DNA of 64,000 nucleotides from Vicugna vicugna (lineage: Eukaryota), in NCBI GenBank assembly GCA_013265495.1, contig MU057701.1, positions 620,001-684,000 on the forward strand, given 5' to 3'. The notes beneath the pieces were generated by a model that was not told where the DNA came from, made no database searches, and saw only the letters and a program-made list of their open reading frames with translations. A program made the translations under genes and the position numbers. Positions within the stretch are counted from its first letter, which is position 1. Each line of letters starts with the position of its first letter. Positions 1 to 11,561 of the stretch are shown here, one piece after another.

Positions 1-215
1 GAAGTAGATGAGAGGTTACTGGAGGGCTGAGGGGAGAATGGGAATTGCCATCTAGTGGATATAGAGTTCCTTTTTGAGATGATGAAAAAATTCAAAATTG
101 GATGGTGGTGATGGTTGCACAACCATTATGGATGTACTTAATGCCACTGAAGTGCACATTTAAAAACCACGGAAATGGTAAACTTTGTTAAGTATGTGTC
201 ACCACAACTTAAAAA
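1..215 (+). mobile_element. Old L1 (L1MB-like) 3' end fragment
   Basis: gatggtggtgatggttgcacaac...acttaatgccactgaa...aaatggtaaa...caccacaacttaaaaa is typical of L1MB 3' UTR termini. Confidence 0.75.
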
Positions 216-3200
216 TGGGAAGAAAAAAAAAGTCCTGTGAAGAACAACATTCCGGTTCGTCGTTTTGTCTCTATGTTTTTTTATTTCTCCCACTCTTTGA
301 AAACATGGTAAATTGTATTTTGTCGTGGTGTTGCCTCCCTTAAGAGGACACACACAGAGACAGAAGGATTACCACCTGTTGATACAGCAAGGGCAGGACC
401 ACCATTTGACCTTAAAAGTACCACTTGACAGAATATCTCTCCAGGTCATTAGAGTAAGTCTGAGATGCCTCAGAAAGGTAGATTTTAAAATGGTAGCAAT
501 TCCTGGAAAGGTACCCTGTTTACCCGATTTTGCCTGTCTTTATTAACTGTCTCAGGAGAGCAGGAGCTGACAACCCCATACTTTTCTCCATCAGTCATCT
601 GCTTCTTACCAAGGAAGAAACTGCTGCTATTGCTCAAGAGAATGCTGCCTTCCCTGCAAGCAGCTACGTACCCTGTGGCTGCCTACGGTCCACAGGTACC
701 ACTACAGGCATGCGAAACCTGGGGCCTCTATTCCAAAGTAGGGGTGAGAAAAGATGCTGGGATTTTCCAAACTTAGATCCACAGATATAACTTGGTCAGA
801 ACCCCCTCTCCTCGTTGCTAGTTAGCAGAGCCCCGGAACCTCTTGCCGGGCCAGCTAGCACTTAAGCAAGCAAAGGGGTTCAGTGACCTTCCAATATTAC
901 TGAGATCTTGCTGTTCTAGGCATGAAGTGGCTTGAATAATTCTTTCAAAACAATAAGAACTTCCATTGTTCAAATGTACATGAAGCAGCAAATGCCTCTC
1001 TTCGCATTCAGTTTGCCCTTCTGTTCTCAGAAGATCTCATAGACACTAAAAGTAATTGCTGTCATTTCTGCAAGTATATTTCTGGTTTTAACCAAAACTA
1101 GAGCCTCCCTGATGCTGTCGGTCATTTTCCTAAAGGACTGGTAGAGGCAATAGGCTTTCCAAACAGGGGCTTTGCTAATTCTTGAAAGACCATGCAACCC
1201 CCATAAAAATAGACTTCTCTCCTAGAAACACCTCTGGTTACGGGGCCAAGGTTAAGGAGATGAGCGGGGGGTGGGGGTGGGCAGTGTGACAAGGAGACAG
1301 TGCAGGGTACATTTCCCGGGAAAGTTCTGTCTCAGTTTTCTCCCTTTTCGGTCTCGTGATTGGCTGTGGGTTTCTGTTCTGTAGTAAACGCAAGAGCCTT
1401 GATTGCTTTCTAAAGGTCAGACCTGTCACCAAACCTCTCCATTTACTTGAGTTGCGGACAGTTTCACGTTTCTCAACAAATGGTCCGGTAGCTCTGATGT
1501 AAGCCTCAAGTTCCTTCAGCTCGTAGCCTTGTGTCTTCAAGGTGGAACTCGGGAGACCCTCCTCTTTGGCGGAGACCAGATCGACCTTGTTCATAGCTCT
1601 GCCTCCAGTCTCTGCAGGGCCTGGCACACACTGAATGCTTATTGAATGCATAAACCTGAATGGACAGGACTCTCGAAGATCAAGAGTGTCCCCAAAACCA
1701 ATGTCTAGAGAAATCCCATGTTCTGCCCCAGGGGCCGACTACCCTTGTGGTTTTGAGCTGAGCGCTGGCAGGTCCTGTCCTTGCCCTCTTTGTGGTTCTC
1801 CATGGTGCTCACCGATGGCTAATGTGTTCAGCTTCTCATTTATCCCTCCAAGGAGGTGACATCTCTTGTTTAGCCGATGCTTATAAAGCAGCTTATACAC
1901 TGCAGGTTATCATTTTGGCTTTTCAAGTTGTGCATCAGATGAGTTCTCAGAGCTAGAATACCACCCCCAAGGATGAGTCAGTGTTGGAAGAAGTAGATTA
2001 AATATGGCTTCTTACTTTTCTTACGCCATACCCTCCTGTGCTCAGTCAAGTAGATTATGCTCCTAGACAGCCGAATGGACTAGAAACAATCTGCACGGTT
2101 TTGCACAGCCACAGGTGTAGAGTTCAGCTCGTACCAGCATGAAGCACATCCTGAGCCCCTCCCTTGGCACTGAGTCGCTCTGTTTCTATTCAGTTCAGCC
2201 CAAAACTTAGGATGGGTTAAGCACCAGTGTACAATGCTGTTTATATTAGTTTGTCACAAAAGGGGGATTTTTGAATTAAATATCGATAACCCAGCTCCTT
2301 CTTAAATCTTTTTATCAGCTTTTTCATTCCTGCACCCTGGCTTAATGACACAGGTATTACGTAAACAAGGGACCTCAGAGGGCTGCTTATAAAGATCCAG
2401 GAGAAAAGATAAATATGTGGTGATGCACTGATATCCTGAAATATGAGCTGCAGGTTTGTATTTTCTTTGTGAGATCGGATATTGGTTTTCGTGCTTTATT
2501 GACCTGCCGGGGAGAGATCTGACGAAACACCGAAGCCGAAACAGCGAAGAACTTTACACCCTTTTTTTTTTTTTTAAATCTCCCTGTCTACACGGAGAAA
2601 TCTCAGTGCTGAATCACAGAGCCGGACAGACTGAAGGGTTAGCCAGTAACACCTTTGCAGGACAAATCAGGTCCAGCCCTTGGAGGTAAAAATACACACT
2701 ATACCTTCCCAAAGGAAAAAAAGAATTGGAACTGGGCTTGCTGTAGAGTGGCTCTCAGACGAAACCCCAGGCTGAGGAGCAAACGGAGGGGCTGGGCTGT
2801 GAACTGTGACGATCCTGTTCAATAAGAAGCTGGTGTCCTCGGTGACCCACGTTCAGGTTGGCGGGATCAGAATGCGTTCATATTCAGTTAATCACTCTTT
2901 CTCTTCTGTCAGGATCTTTGTAACATTGTCACAGTGAGCACTGCGTTGCTTGGGAACATTAGCAACAGGAATCCTCCAGAATGCTAATGTCGAAGACATT
3001 TAGGGCACAGCGAGCCAGCCTTCTCCCCTGGCCTGGCGGGAATCGGGCGCCTCGTGCAACGTTGCCTCTGGGGAAGTCATTTTCTCCTTCTGTCCCCTCG
3101 GCCCGACACCGTCAAATAAGCTTTTCAAATAAGCTTCCCAACCAAAGATCCGTCACATATAAAAGTCTCTGTCCTAAAAACAAACGAACAAAAAAACTTT

Positions 3201-3294
3201 TTCATAATCATAAAAATAGAATCACTCTTAGATAGCCGCCTTGAGGTGGGAGGCAGGGGAGCCACACTCATGGAGAAATGACATGATCCCAGGT

Positions 3295-3545
3295 TTTTTA
3301 AAAAACTGTGATAAAATATATTTCACAGAAGGTCTGCCATTTCAACCATTTTTTTAAGTGTACAGTTCAGTGGCACTGAGTGCATTCACACTGTTGTGCA
3401 GCCATTACCACCATCCATCCCCAGAACTTTTTCATCACCCCAAACTGAAACTCTGTCCCTATGAAACGTTAGCTTCCCATCCCCACCCCCAGCAGCCACC
3501 AGTCTCTTTCTGTCTATGTGAATTTGGCTCCTCTCTGGACGTCAT
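3295..3545 (-). mobile_element. Old L1 (L1MB-like) 3' end
   Basis: ttttaagtgtacagttcagtggcactgagtgcattcacactgttgtgcagccattaccacc...ccagaactttttcatcaccccaaactgaaactctgtccc is the reverse L1MB terminus. Confidence 0.8.
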
Positions 3546-4274
3546 AAAAGTGGAAGTTCCCGAGCTTTTTACAATATTTTGGGAAGTGTTTGATCTGACT
3601 ACCATCTAATAAAATTTTTACAGAAGGAAATGATAGTCTTGGGCAGATGGCTGAGCCTTCCCTGACTTTTGCATTGTACGGGTGTAGGGCAGATGCCTTG
3701 TTCTCTTGGCTTTTATAGAACTGTAGCAAAACAGAAACGAATGAAACAGATCTTTGAGTCCCAGTCAGATGTGTTGCCAAACAGAAGGAGCAATAGCCAC
3801 AGCGGTTGTGTGTGGTTTTACATTTTACGAAGCATATTAATTTGCAAGTTTTTTCACACTTGATTCTCACCATGTCCTGTGGGGTATTTTATTAGTCCCC
3901 TTTTAATGATAAGAAACTGTGACTCAGATAAGCAAATTGTCATGGGCTACAAAACTCATCAAAGGCAGAATCAGGACTTCGGCTGCAGGTTTTCAATTTT
4001 ACAAACTCAGTGCTCTCCACCGTAGCACACTGTGAACAATTATCACCTCCTTGGAGGTCCAGGTAATGCCAGTCCTCAGAAAGGGAGAGCTGCTCCAGAG
4101 GTACCCCTAATAACCTGTGCTCTACCTCGCTAGCTTGGAAACACATGGAAACCCTTGGCCTGACCAGCCAGCCTCCGAAGTCTTGTGGACTGATGGCCGG
4201 ACTCTCCCTCCCCGCTGGTCTAGTTGAGTGCTTAGACCAGCACAGTCCAACGGAAATGCCTGAGCCCCAAATGG

Positions 4275-4753
4275 AATTCCACATTTTCTAGTACCCGCAT
4301 TTAGAAAAAAAGTGAAAAGAAACAGGTGAAGTTAATTTTTAAGACTGTATTTCAGTTAACCCTGTATCTCCAAAACACTATCATTTCAAAATGCAGTCAG
4401 TATAAAAATTATTAATAAGCTATTTTACTTTTGTTGTTGTTGCTACTAGATCTTCAAAATCCAGTGTGCATTTTACACCTAACAAGCAATCAAGCCAGAT
4501 GCTAACATTTCATCTGAGGTACCAGATGTGAATTTAGATTTCATAAAAATTTCTGGTTTAAACAGTAGATTTCATGTACCCAAGGTGTTTCAGGCATATG
4601 TAAAGGTTTTCTCATAGCTGAATTGAGGATCAGTTTTAAAATTTCAGTTCATTAAAGTGAAAGGAAATTTAAAAGTCAGCCCCTCTGTTGCACAGGCCAC
4701 ATTTCAGATGCTCCTTTGCGCATTTGGCGAGTGGCCACCATACTGGACAGCAC
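4275..4753. mobile_element. hAT-Charlie DNA transposon relic (MER33-like)
   Basis: aaaagaaacaggtgaagttaattt...tcttcaaaatccagtgtgcatttt...gccacatttcagatgctc...gtggccaccatactggacagcac end motif. Confidence 0.7.
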
Positions 4754-4810
4754 TTGTCTAGGTGAACAGCTAAGCCTGGCCCAGACTGGGCTCAGTAGTG
4801 ATGGATTAGA

Positions 4811-5013
4811 CAGGGTTCGGTTCAGCAACCTTTTTCTGTAAAAGGCTAGATGGTAAATATTTTCAGCTTTGCAAATCACACAGTATCTGTCGAAACTGCC
4901 CAACTCTGCTGTTGTATCATAAGAGCAACCACAGAATGAATGAGCATGTCTGTGTTCCCGTAAAACTTTATTTAAAAAGACAGACACCAGGCCACATAGT
5001 TTGCTGACTGCTG
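4811..5013. mobile_element. MER58A-like hAT MITE
   Basis: caggg...tttttctgtaaaaggctagatggtaaatatttt...tgtgttcccgtaaaactttattta...atagtttgctgactgctg. Confidence 0.75.
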
Positions 5014-5183
5014 GACCAGAGCATTTGTCCCCGTGCCTCAGCTATGCTGTGAGACTTTAGAAAACCATTGGCTTCAGTCTCTAGTTTTCTGAGATGAGGA
5101 TGTTAAAATCTGGCCTCATTGTATCCCCTTCCCTGCGTGTAATTACAATTTTGGCACCGTTTGGCATGAAGACTGCTGTGCAT

Positions 5184-6759
5184 TTGAGTCTTGGGTGATG
5201 TTTTATCTTTCAGACTCTCTCTTCAGGGGGCTCCTTGTGTGTCACGAAGCAATTGCTTCATTGTGCTTTGAGGTCCATGTATTAAGAGTGGAGAAGGCTG
5301 GAAGAAAGAGCAAAAAAAAAATGATGTGAATAACATGGGACACTCCCAAGAATGCCAGCTTGTATCACCCTCTGCTATTCCCTCTCCCCACAGAGCCAGA
5401 GTGAGACAGGCAGGAATCACACATTTCACAGATGGAAACGTACATGAGATCACGTTAAATCAGTGGGACGGGTATTTCTCCATGGTCATTAGGTTGAGTG
5501 ACATCCATCTATTTTGATGGTAAAGGAAAGTAGATGTAAATTCTGATTCCTGACTTGAGGTCTCGAGTCATGCCAGATAATAACTCCATCCAGATTGGGT
5601 AATGTTTATTGCAAAACAGTGGTTCCCACCTTTCACACCATGACGTTTGGAAACTACTGGAGGACAAGAAAGGGGACAGGGAAGGAGGACACAGGGATTG
5701 ATAGGAAGGAAGATGACCCCTCCTTGGTTCTTTAGGGTGGGGGAGTATGGGAAGCTGGCCTCGCAGCTATCTCTGAAGCTCAGCCGCTGGGGAGAGGGGT
5801 AGTCAAGTGAAAATCAGTGATAGCTTGGGTCCAGTACTTCTTCCCCAGCAAGGATGATGTTTAGGTGTTGTTGGTGGTCAGTTAATCCCTACCATACTCA
5901 GGAGTTTTGTCTTGGGGTCACCTTTTCTAAAATCAAGGCTTGGTTTGAGGTTGAACCGTGTTAAGTGCCTATTGAGTCTTGGGTGATGTTTTATCTTTCA
6001 GACTCTCTCTTCAGGGGGCTCCTTGTGTGTCACGAAGCAATTGCTTCATTGTGCTTTGAGGTCCATGTATTAAGAGTGGAGAAGGCTGGAAGAAAGAGCA
6101 AAAAAAAAAATGATGTGAATAACATGGGACACTCCCAAGAATGCCAGCTTGTATCACCCTCTGCTAGTCCCTCTCCCCACAGAGCCAGAGTGAGACAGGC
6201 AGGAATCACACATTTCACAGATGGAAACGTACATGAGATCACGTTAAATCAGTGGGACGGGTATTTCTCCATGGTCATTAGGTTGAGTGACATCCATCTA
6301 TTTTGATGGTAAAGGAAAGTAGATGTAAATTCTGATTCCTGACTTGAGGTCTCGAGTCATGCCAGATAATAACTCCATCCAGATTGGGTAATGTTTATTG
6401 CAAAACAGTGGTTCCCACCTTTCACACCATGACGTTTGGAAACTACTGGAGGACAAGAAAGGGGACAGGGAAGGAGGACACAGGGATTGATAGGAAGGAA
6501 GATGACCCCTCCTTGGTTCTTTAGGGTGGGGGAGTATGGGAACATGGCCTCGCAGCTATCTCTGAAGCTCAGCCGCTGGGGAGAGGGGTAGTCAAGTGAA
6601 AATCAGTGATAGCTTGGGTCCAGTACTTCTTCCCCAGCAAGGATGATGTTTAGGTGTTGTTGGTGGTCAGTTAATCCCTACCATACTCAGGAGTTTTGTC
6701 TTGGGGTCACCTTTTCTAAAATCAAGGCTTGGTTTGAGGTTGAACCGTGTTAAGTGCCT
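5184..6759. repeat. Head-to-tail tandem duplication, 2 x ~788 bp (5184-5970 and 5972-6759)
   Basis: Both copies run ttgagtcttgggtgatg...ttgaaccgtgttaagtgcct. By eye they differ at 3 substitutions and A10 vs A11. Confidence 0.97.
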
Positions 6760-8559
6760 TGGTCATGCCTGGTCACAGAGTTTGCAAAAGTACAAAGTGA
6801 TGAAACCGCTTGACTTCTCCAGGCACGTTACACAACTCTGCCCTCCCTCAAGCTTTGCAGCTCTGTCAAACATGCAGCGCTGCGTGCAAGTGGGGAAGAT
6901 TTGAATCCCCATGATGTTTGACTATGGAGATAATTATTTGGGGTAGCTGTTCTAATGATGGCTCACACGGAGGCTCAGCCCTGCAGCGCAGAGCTGTCTC
7001 TAATCGTGATTGCCTGTAATGATGATTACCCAAACTCTGGAATTACAACAATAGATTTTACAAAGTTAGAGCATAATTGCTCCACCATTCCATATGTGAG
7101 CACAGTTTCAACAACTTTGATCTCTCAAATGATATCAGACTTCTGTTATTCATCTTCCGAAATAGCCAAGTTCAAAGGCAGTGGCTCTGAGCCATCCCTC
7201 TTTTTCCATCATAGTGAGATCTTGATCTGTTAAAGCAATGCACCTGTTAGAGAAGTGAGGGCTGAAGTTGAGTGGAGAAGAAAGAGCACAGACCTGTGGT
7301 GTTCCAATCCCAGCTCTGCCACCTCGAAGCCACGTGGCAGGAGAAGCCGCCAGCCTCTCTGAGACTCAGCTTACTGATCTGTAAATGCCTGCCTGGCTGA
7401 ATGATTGTGAGTATTAGACATGAATAGCAAGCATCTAATTGGTGCCTCACACGAAAAGACAATTCATTAATGAAGCTGTACTCTATCAATCACCACCACC
7501 ACCATCATGAATTCTGTTATCAATTCTCTGGCTTCAAAGTCTTCAGAATCCTTTGGAGTCTGTGGATTTTGCAGCTTTCATTTGACATACAAGTTTGTTG
7601 GGAGTTGGGAATCTGTGATGTGGAATTTTCACTAAATTAGGGATGGAGCTTTGCAAGAAATGAGTATTAAAGAGGAAAGAAGAAACAGCCTCCTAGAGAT
7701 AGAACATTTTGGTCTGGGCACCTTTGGAACTGAGCAAGTACTAATGAATGCCTTCAGCACTCTGCCCCAGTGGTTCTCAGCTTTTATTGTGTGTTCAAGT
7801 AAGACCCCCAACTTCCCTCTCCCCCAGAGTCTGAATGTCAAAGGGCTGGGGTGGCCTAGGAGTCAGCATTTTAAGGAGTATCTCTCTAGTGACTTTGAGA
7901 CAGGACTTAAGGACAGTCTGCCCTGCCCTGTCCCCCCTGAGAAAGTTCTGGATGCTTGTGTTTGAGTCAGTTTGTGGTTTGAGACCTCTGCTTCTGGATG
8001 GCCCAGTTCAGATGGCCACAACCAGCAGAGCAGGCCTGATCTGCTTGGGAGACAAAAGTGACAGCTGCACAGCCCTTGACCATCGCAGTGTCTGGGAGCT
8101 TGAGTGTCGCAACACCCCAGCAATGTCACCCACGTTACTGCATCCAGCGCCTGTCGGTCGCCCACAGGCTGACGCTATCTTAGTGAGCTAAGGCTGGTGT
8201 CTGCCCTGTGATGGTTCATTCAGGAGCCGCTAGAATGATCAATGAGGCCGGGCAGCCAGGCCCTCCTCTGGCCGCCAGTGAATCAGCCGCCGGCCGCCTC
8301 GGCCCTTTCTCCTCCACAGGAAGCACTTGAGCTGGGTACAGCCAGGCTGACTCGCGTCTGGCTAATGGCTTTTCTGTGTCATGCGTCGTCCTGGGTCCCA
8401 TACATTTTCCTGCGTGAGAGGGTTAGAGCTACTGAAGATCGTCTAGGAATAGACTTCTGCCAACCACCCCCACCCCAAATAAAACCCTTGGCGGGATTTT
8501 GTTTTAGGTGTATCTGCTTCAGAAGTGGGGTCAACATTTTTTTTTTTTTAAATTGAGGT

Positions 8560-9027
8560 TGTTGACTGAAGAAAAGCACACAACTTAAAACTTGCGAGTT
8601 AAGTTGTATTTGGGGAGCTTACTGAGGGCTAGAGCTGCAAGGAGCTGCTCAGAAAAGGTAAAGGAGGAGCCAGGATATACAGGAGTTTTTGCTGGGGGAC
8701 AAAAAAAAAAAAAAAGAATGTAGCTGAACATCAAAAGATTACTGCTAATCACAGAAACAGACTTCTCAAGTTAATGATTTTAGTGCTTTTTTATGTATAG
8801 GAAGATTCAAGAGTCTGAGCTTGGTGAAATTATCCCTTAGATATGCATCTTAATTATCTAGGGTCAGTATCCAGAGCACAGAATATTTCCTGTTTTTCTC
8901 TATTGCGAATTCCCCTCAGGATGCGCCTTCTGAGTTGGGGGCTGGGGTTTGGTTCCAGGGGCTGATGGCTTGATGGCAGAGAACATTCGTTGTTTACGGG
9001 AATGGTAGGCCACATTCCCTTTCCACA
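8560..9027 (-). mobile_element. Solo ERV1-class LTR (468 bp) inserted into an L1MB 3' end
   Basis: Begins TG and ends CA, with a 4-bp TSD AGGT at 8556-8559 and 9028-9031. Removing it rejoins an L1MB terminus (aaattgaggt|ggaaatcacagaacacaaaattaaccattt). Strand inferred from resemblance only. Confidence 0.75.
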
Positions 9028-9166
9028 AGGTGGAAATCACAGAACACAAAATTAACCATTTAAAAGTCAGTTCAGTGGCAGCTAGTGCATTCATAGTATT
9101 GTGAGACCACCACCTGTATCCGGACCCAGAACCCTTCATCACTCCAAAAGGAAGCTCCGTGTGCAT

Positions 9167-9569
9167 TATATTAGTTTGCTGGGGCTGCCGTAGCAAAGCA
9201 CCACAGAATGGGTGGCTTAACCAACCAGAATTTTAAGATCTCACAGTTGTGGGTGGTGGAAGTCAAAGATAAGTGTCAGCAGGGCTGGTTCCATCTGAAG
9301 GCTGGGAGGAAAGGATCTGTTCCAGATCAATCCTTGGCTTGTAGACAGCCATCTTCCTGTATCGCTTGACCTCATCTTCCTATGATTGTCTCTAGGTCCA
9401 TCCTGCCCCTTTGTATAGAGAAAACAGTCCTACTAGCTTAGCGCCCACCTTAATGACCTCATCTTAATTTGATTACCATGGTAAGGACCTTATCACCAAA
9501 TAAGGTCACCCACTAAGGTACTGGGACTTCAACATGTGAATTTTAGGAAACACAATTGAACCCATAATA
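9167..9569 (-). mobile_element. MLT1 (MaLR) solo LTR nested in the same L1MB fragment
   Basis: tattagtttgctggggctgccgtagcaaagcaccacaga...atgacctcatcttaat...cacaattgaacccataata. Confidence 0.8.
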
Positions 9570-11412
9570 CCCACTGAGCATGATCATTATCAGTACTTCC
9601 TTCCTTTTTGTGGCAGAGTAGTATTCCACTGTAAGTAAATACTTACTTTTTGGGACACCAAGTACAAAGAAACTGCCAGTGGAATGTCCACCCCCAGGGC
9701 AGCTGGACACCCTGTTATAGGCTTGTGTGCATAAGGAGGAGTATTGATCTTACAGGTATATCTCACAGATCTCCAATCTGTGAGCTTTTTCTCACTATCT
9801 TCCTGAAAGAGTGTTAAGTCAGTCTTGATGAGCTAGGAAGGGAAGGACCTACTAACGGGAAGCCAAGGCACGCTTCTGAGCCCAAAATTTGTTTAAAAAT
9901 AAATTGTACATTTGATTTTCCTCTCTCCTCTTTCTGCCCTAACTCTCAGCACTGGCACTCCCTCCAAGCACACACACACACACATTCACGTTAAAAACAT
10001 TTTGAATGAAGACCATTCTGGGGAGGGGGCATGGCACAGACAGGGAAGCACTGCTCTTCGAGAAGAGCCAGCCAGCGACTGTTCCCATTGTCATGGTTAC
10101 TGGGCTTGGTCCCTCTGGCTGGCCTCACACCAGAGCCTTTGCCATTCTCTTCACACTCCCGTCCCTGCACCTGCTTCAGAGTGAAAGAGGAACCTTTGGA
10201 CGTGTGTGTCCTCTCAGCTTCAGAACTGACTGCACTGTTGATTTGTACATTTCACCTGCCCCTTAATTTAAAATAGATGAGAGCCCTACATCCCTGCTGG
10301 CCTGGGCCTTTGGGAGTAGCCCAGAGCCATCATTGTCTTACTGTGAACGCAGGCCCCTTCCCTCCATCCCACGGGCCTTGATGATGATGACACTGTGTGT
10401 TGTTCCACGCCAGTTCTGTGGGGAGGACCAGCGCAGGGCTTCAGCCCTGCCTCCTGACTCTGAGCAGACTTCCTTGGTGCAAAAGTCATTTTACTCCTCC
10501 CACCCTCCTCTCTCTATGTTTTTTTTCCCTCCATCAAATTAGTTTTGTCACTTTGGAAGTTCACTGGGTAAAGAGATGCCTGCTGGCCCCATGGTTTTCA
10601 GAGAGGCAGGAGGGAGAGAGGAACAGCTCAAAAATGAAGACAGGACAGACAGTGTTCATATTACATATTATTGCATATCATCATTTTCACGTAAGCACAT
10701 GTGGCTTCTGCGACCTCAGGCTGGATTGTCCCACATTTACTGGAATTGGACAAAAAAGACTTACAGATACTGTTGATTTTCCTCCTTGTGGGCCATACTT
10801 TAGAACACAGTTTCCACTCATGGTGGAGCTGGGGAATCTGGAGTTTTTAAAAGCCTCCAGGTGATTCTAATGTCCAGCCACCTTTGAGAACCATCGTTCT
10901 AGGGACAGAGGCCTCCAGGAGAGTTGAACACTTTGAGAGAGGTGATGGGAGAGACAGGTGACATCTAATCCTCTTGTGCCCAGCAATGCAGTTAATTAGG
11001 CAGAAAGAAGGGACAGAAATAACACACCTTAGCCTTTTTGCCAAGCAAAATAGGACTTTAGCTCCGTTTAACCCTGCAGAGCCAGAGTGGAAAGAGAGAC
11101 TCCAGCGTTCCCACCTCCCTGCTGCTACCCATGGGTTGATTGGCTGCCAAACCTCAAAGACCGCCAGCCACCCCAGTCAGCATTCGCCAAGGTGATGCAA
11201 AATGTTCACAGGAACAGGCTGTTTCTGCATTCTACTCACAACTAGTTCTCTTCCTCCTTCTGGGGGAAAAGTAAAACATCGGCCCATGTGTCTGCTTTCT
11301 TTTCTCAGCAGAAAGTGCTGATGATATGAGTTGCACGCAGCGCCATGGTGGAAGGGGGCTGTTTTCGAAGTGGGCGGTGGGGCTGACCCTTCTATCTCTG
11401 TGTGTCTTGCAG

Positions 11413-11561
11413 TACAAAATCGGACAGCTGTACATGATCAGCAAGCACAGCCATGAACAGAGCGACCGAGGAGAAGGGGTGGAGGTTGTCCAGAACGAGC
11501 CCTTCGAGGACCCTCACCATGGCAACGGGCAGTTCACGGAGAAGCGCGTGTATCTCAACAG
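11413..11561 (+). CDS. PITPNC1: PITPNC1 coding exon (probably exon 2), 149 nt, phase 0 in / phase 2 out
   Basis: Translates YKIGQLYMISKHSHEQSDRGEGVEVVQNEPFEDPHHGNGQFTEKRVYLN(S), which I recognise as PITPNC1/RdgB-beta. Acceptor ttgcag at 11407-11412, branch-like CTGAC at 11383-11387, donor AG|gtaagt at 11561/11562. Confidence 0.97.

Noticed and set aside
5326..6306. Two near-identical small ORFs (NNMGHSQECQLVSP...) suggesting a gene pair
   Set aside because: By-product of the 788-bp tandem duplication; no coding evidence.
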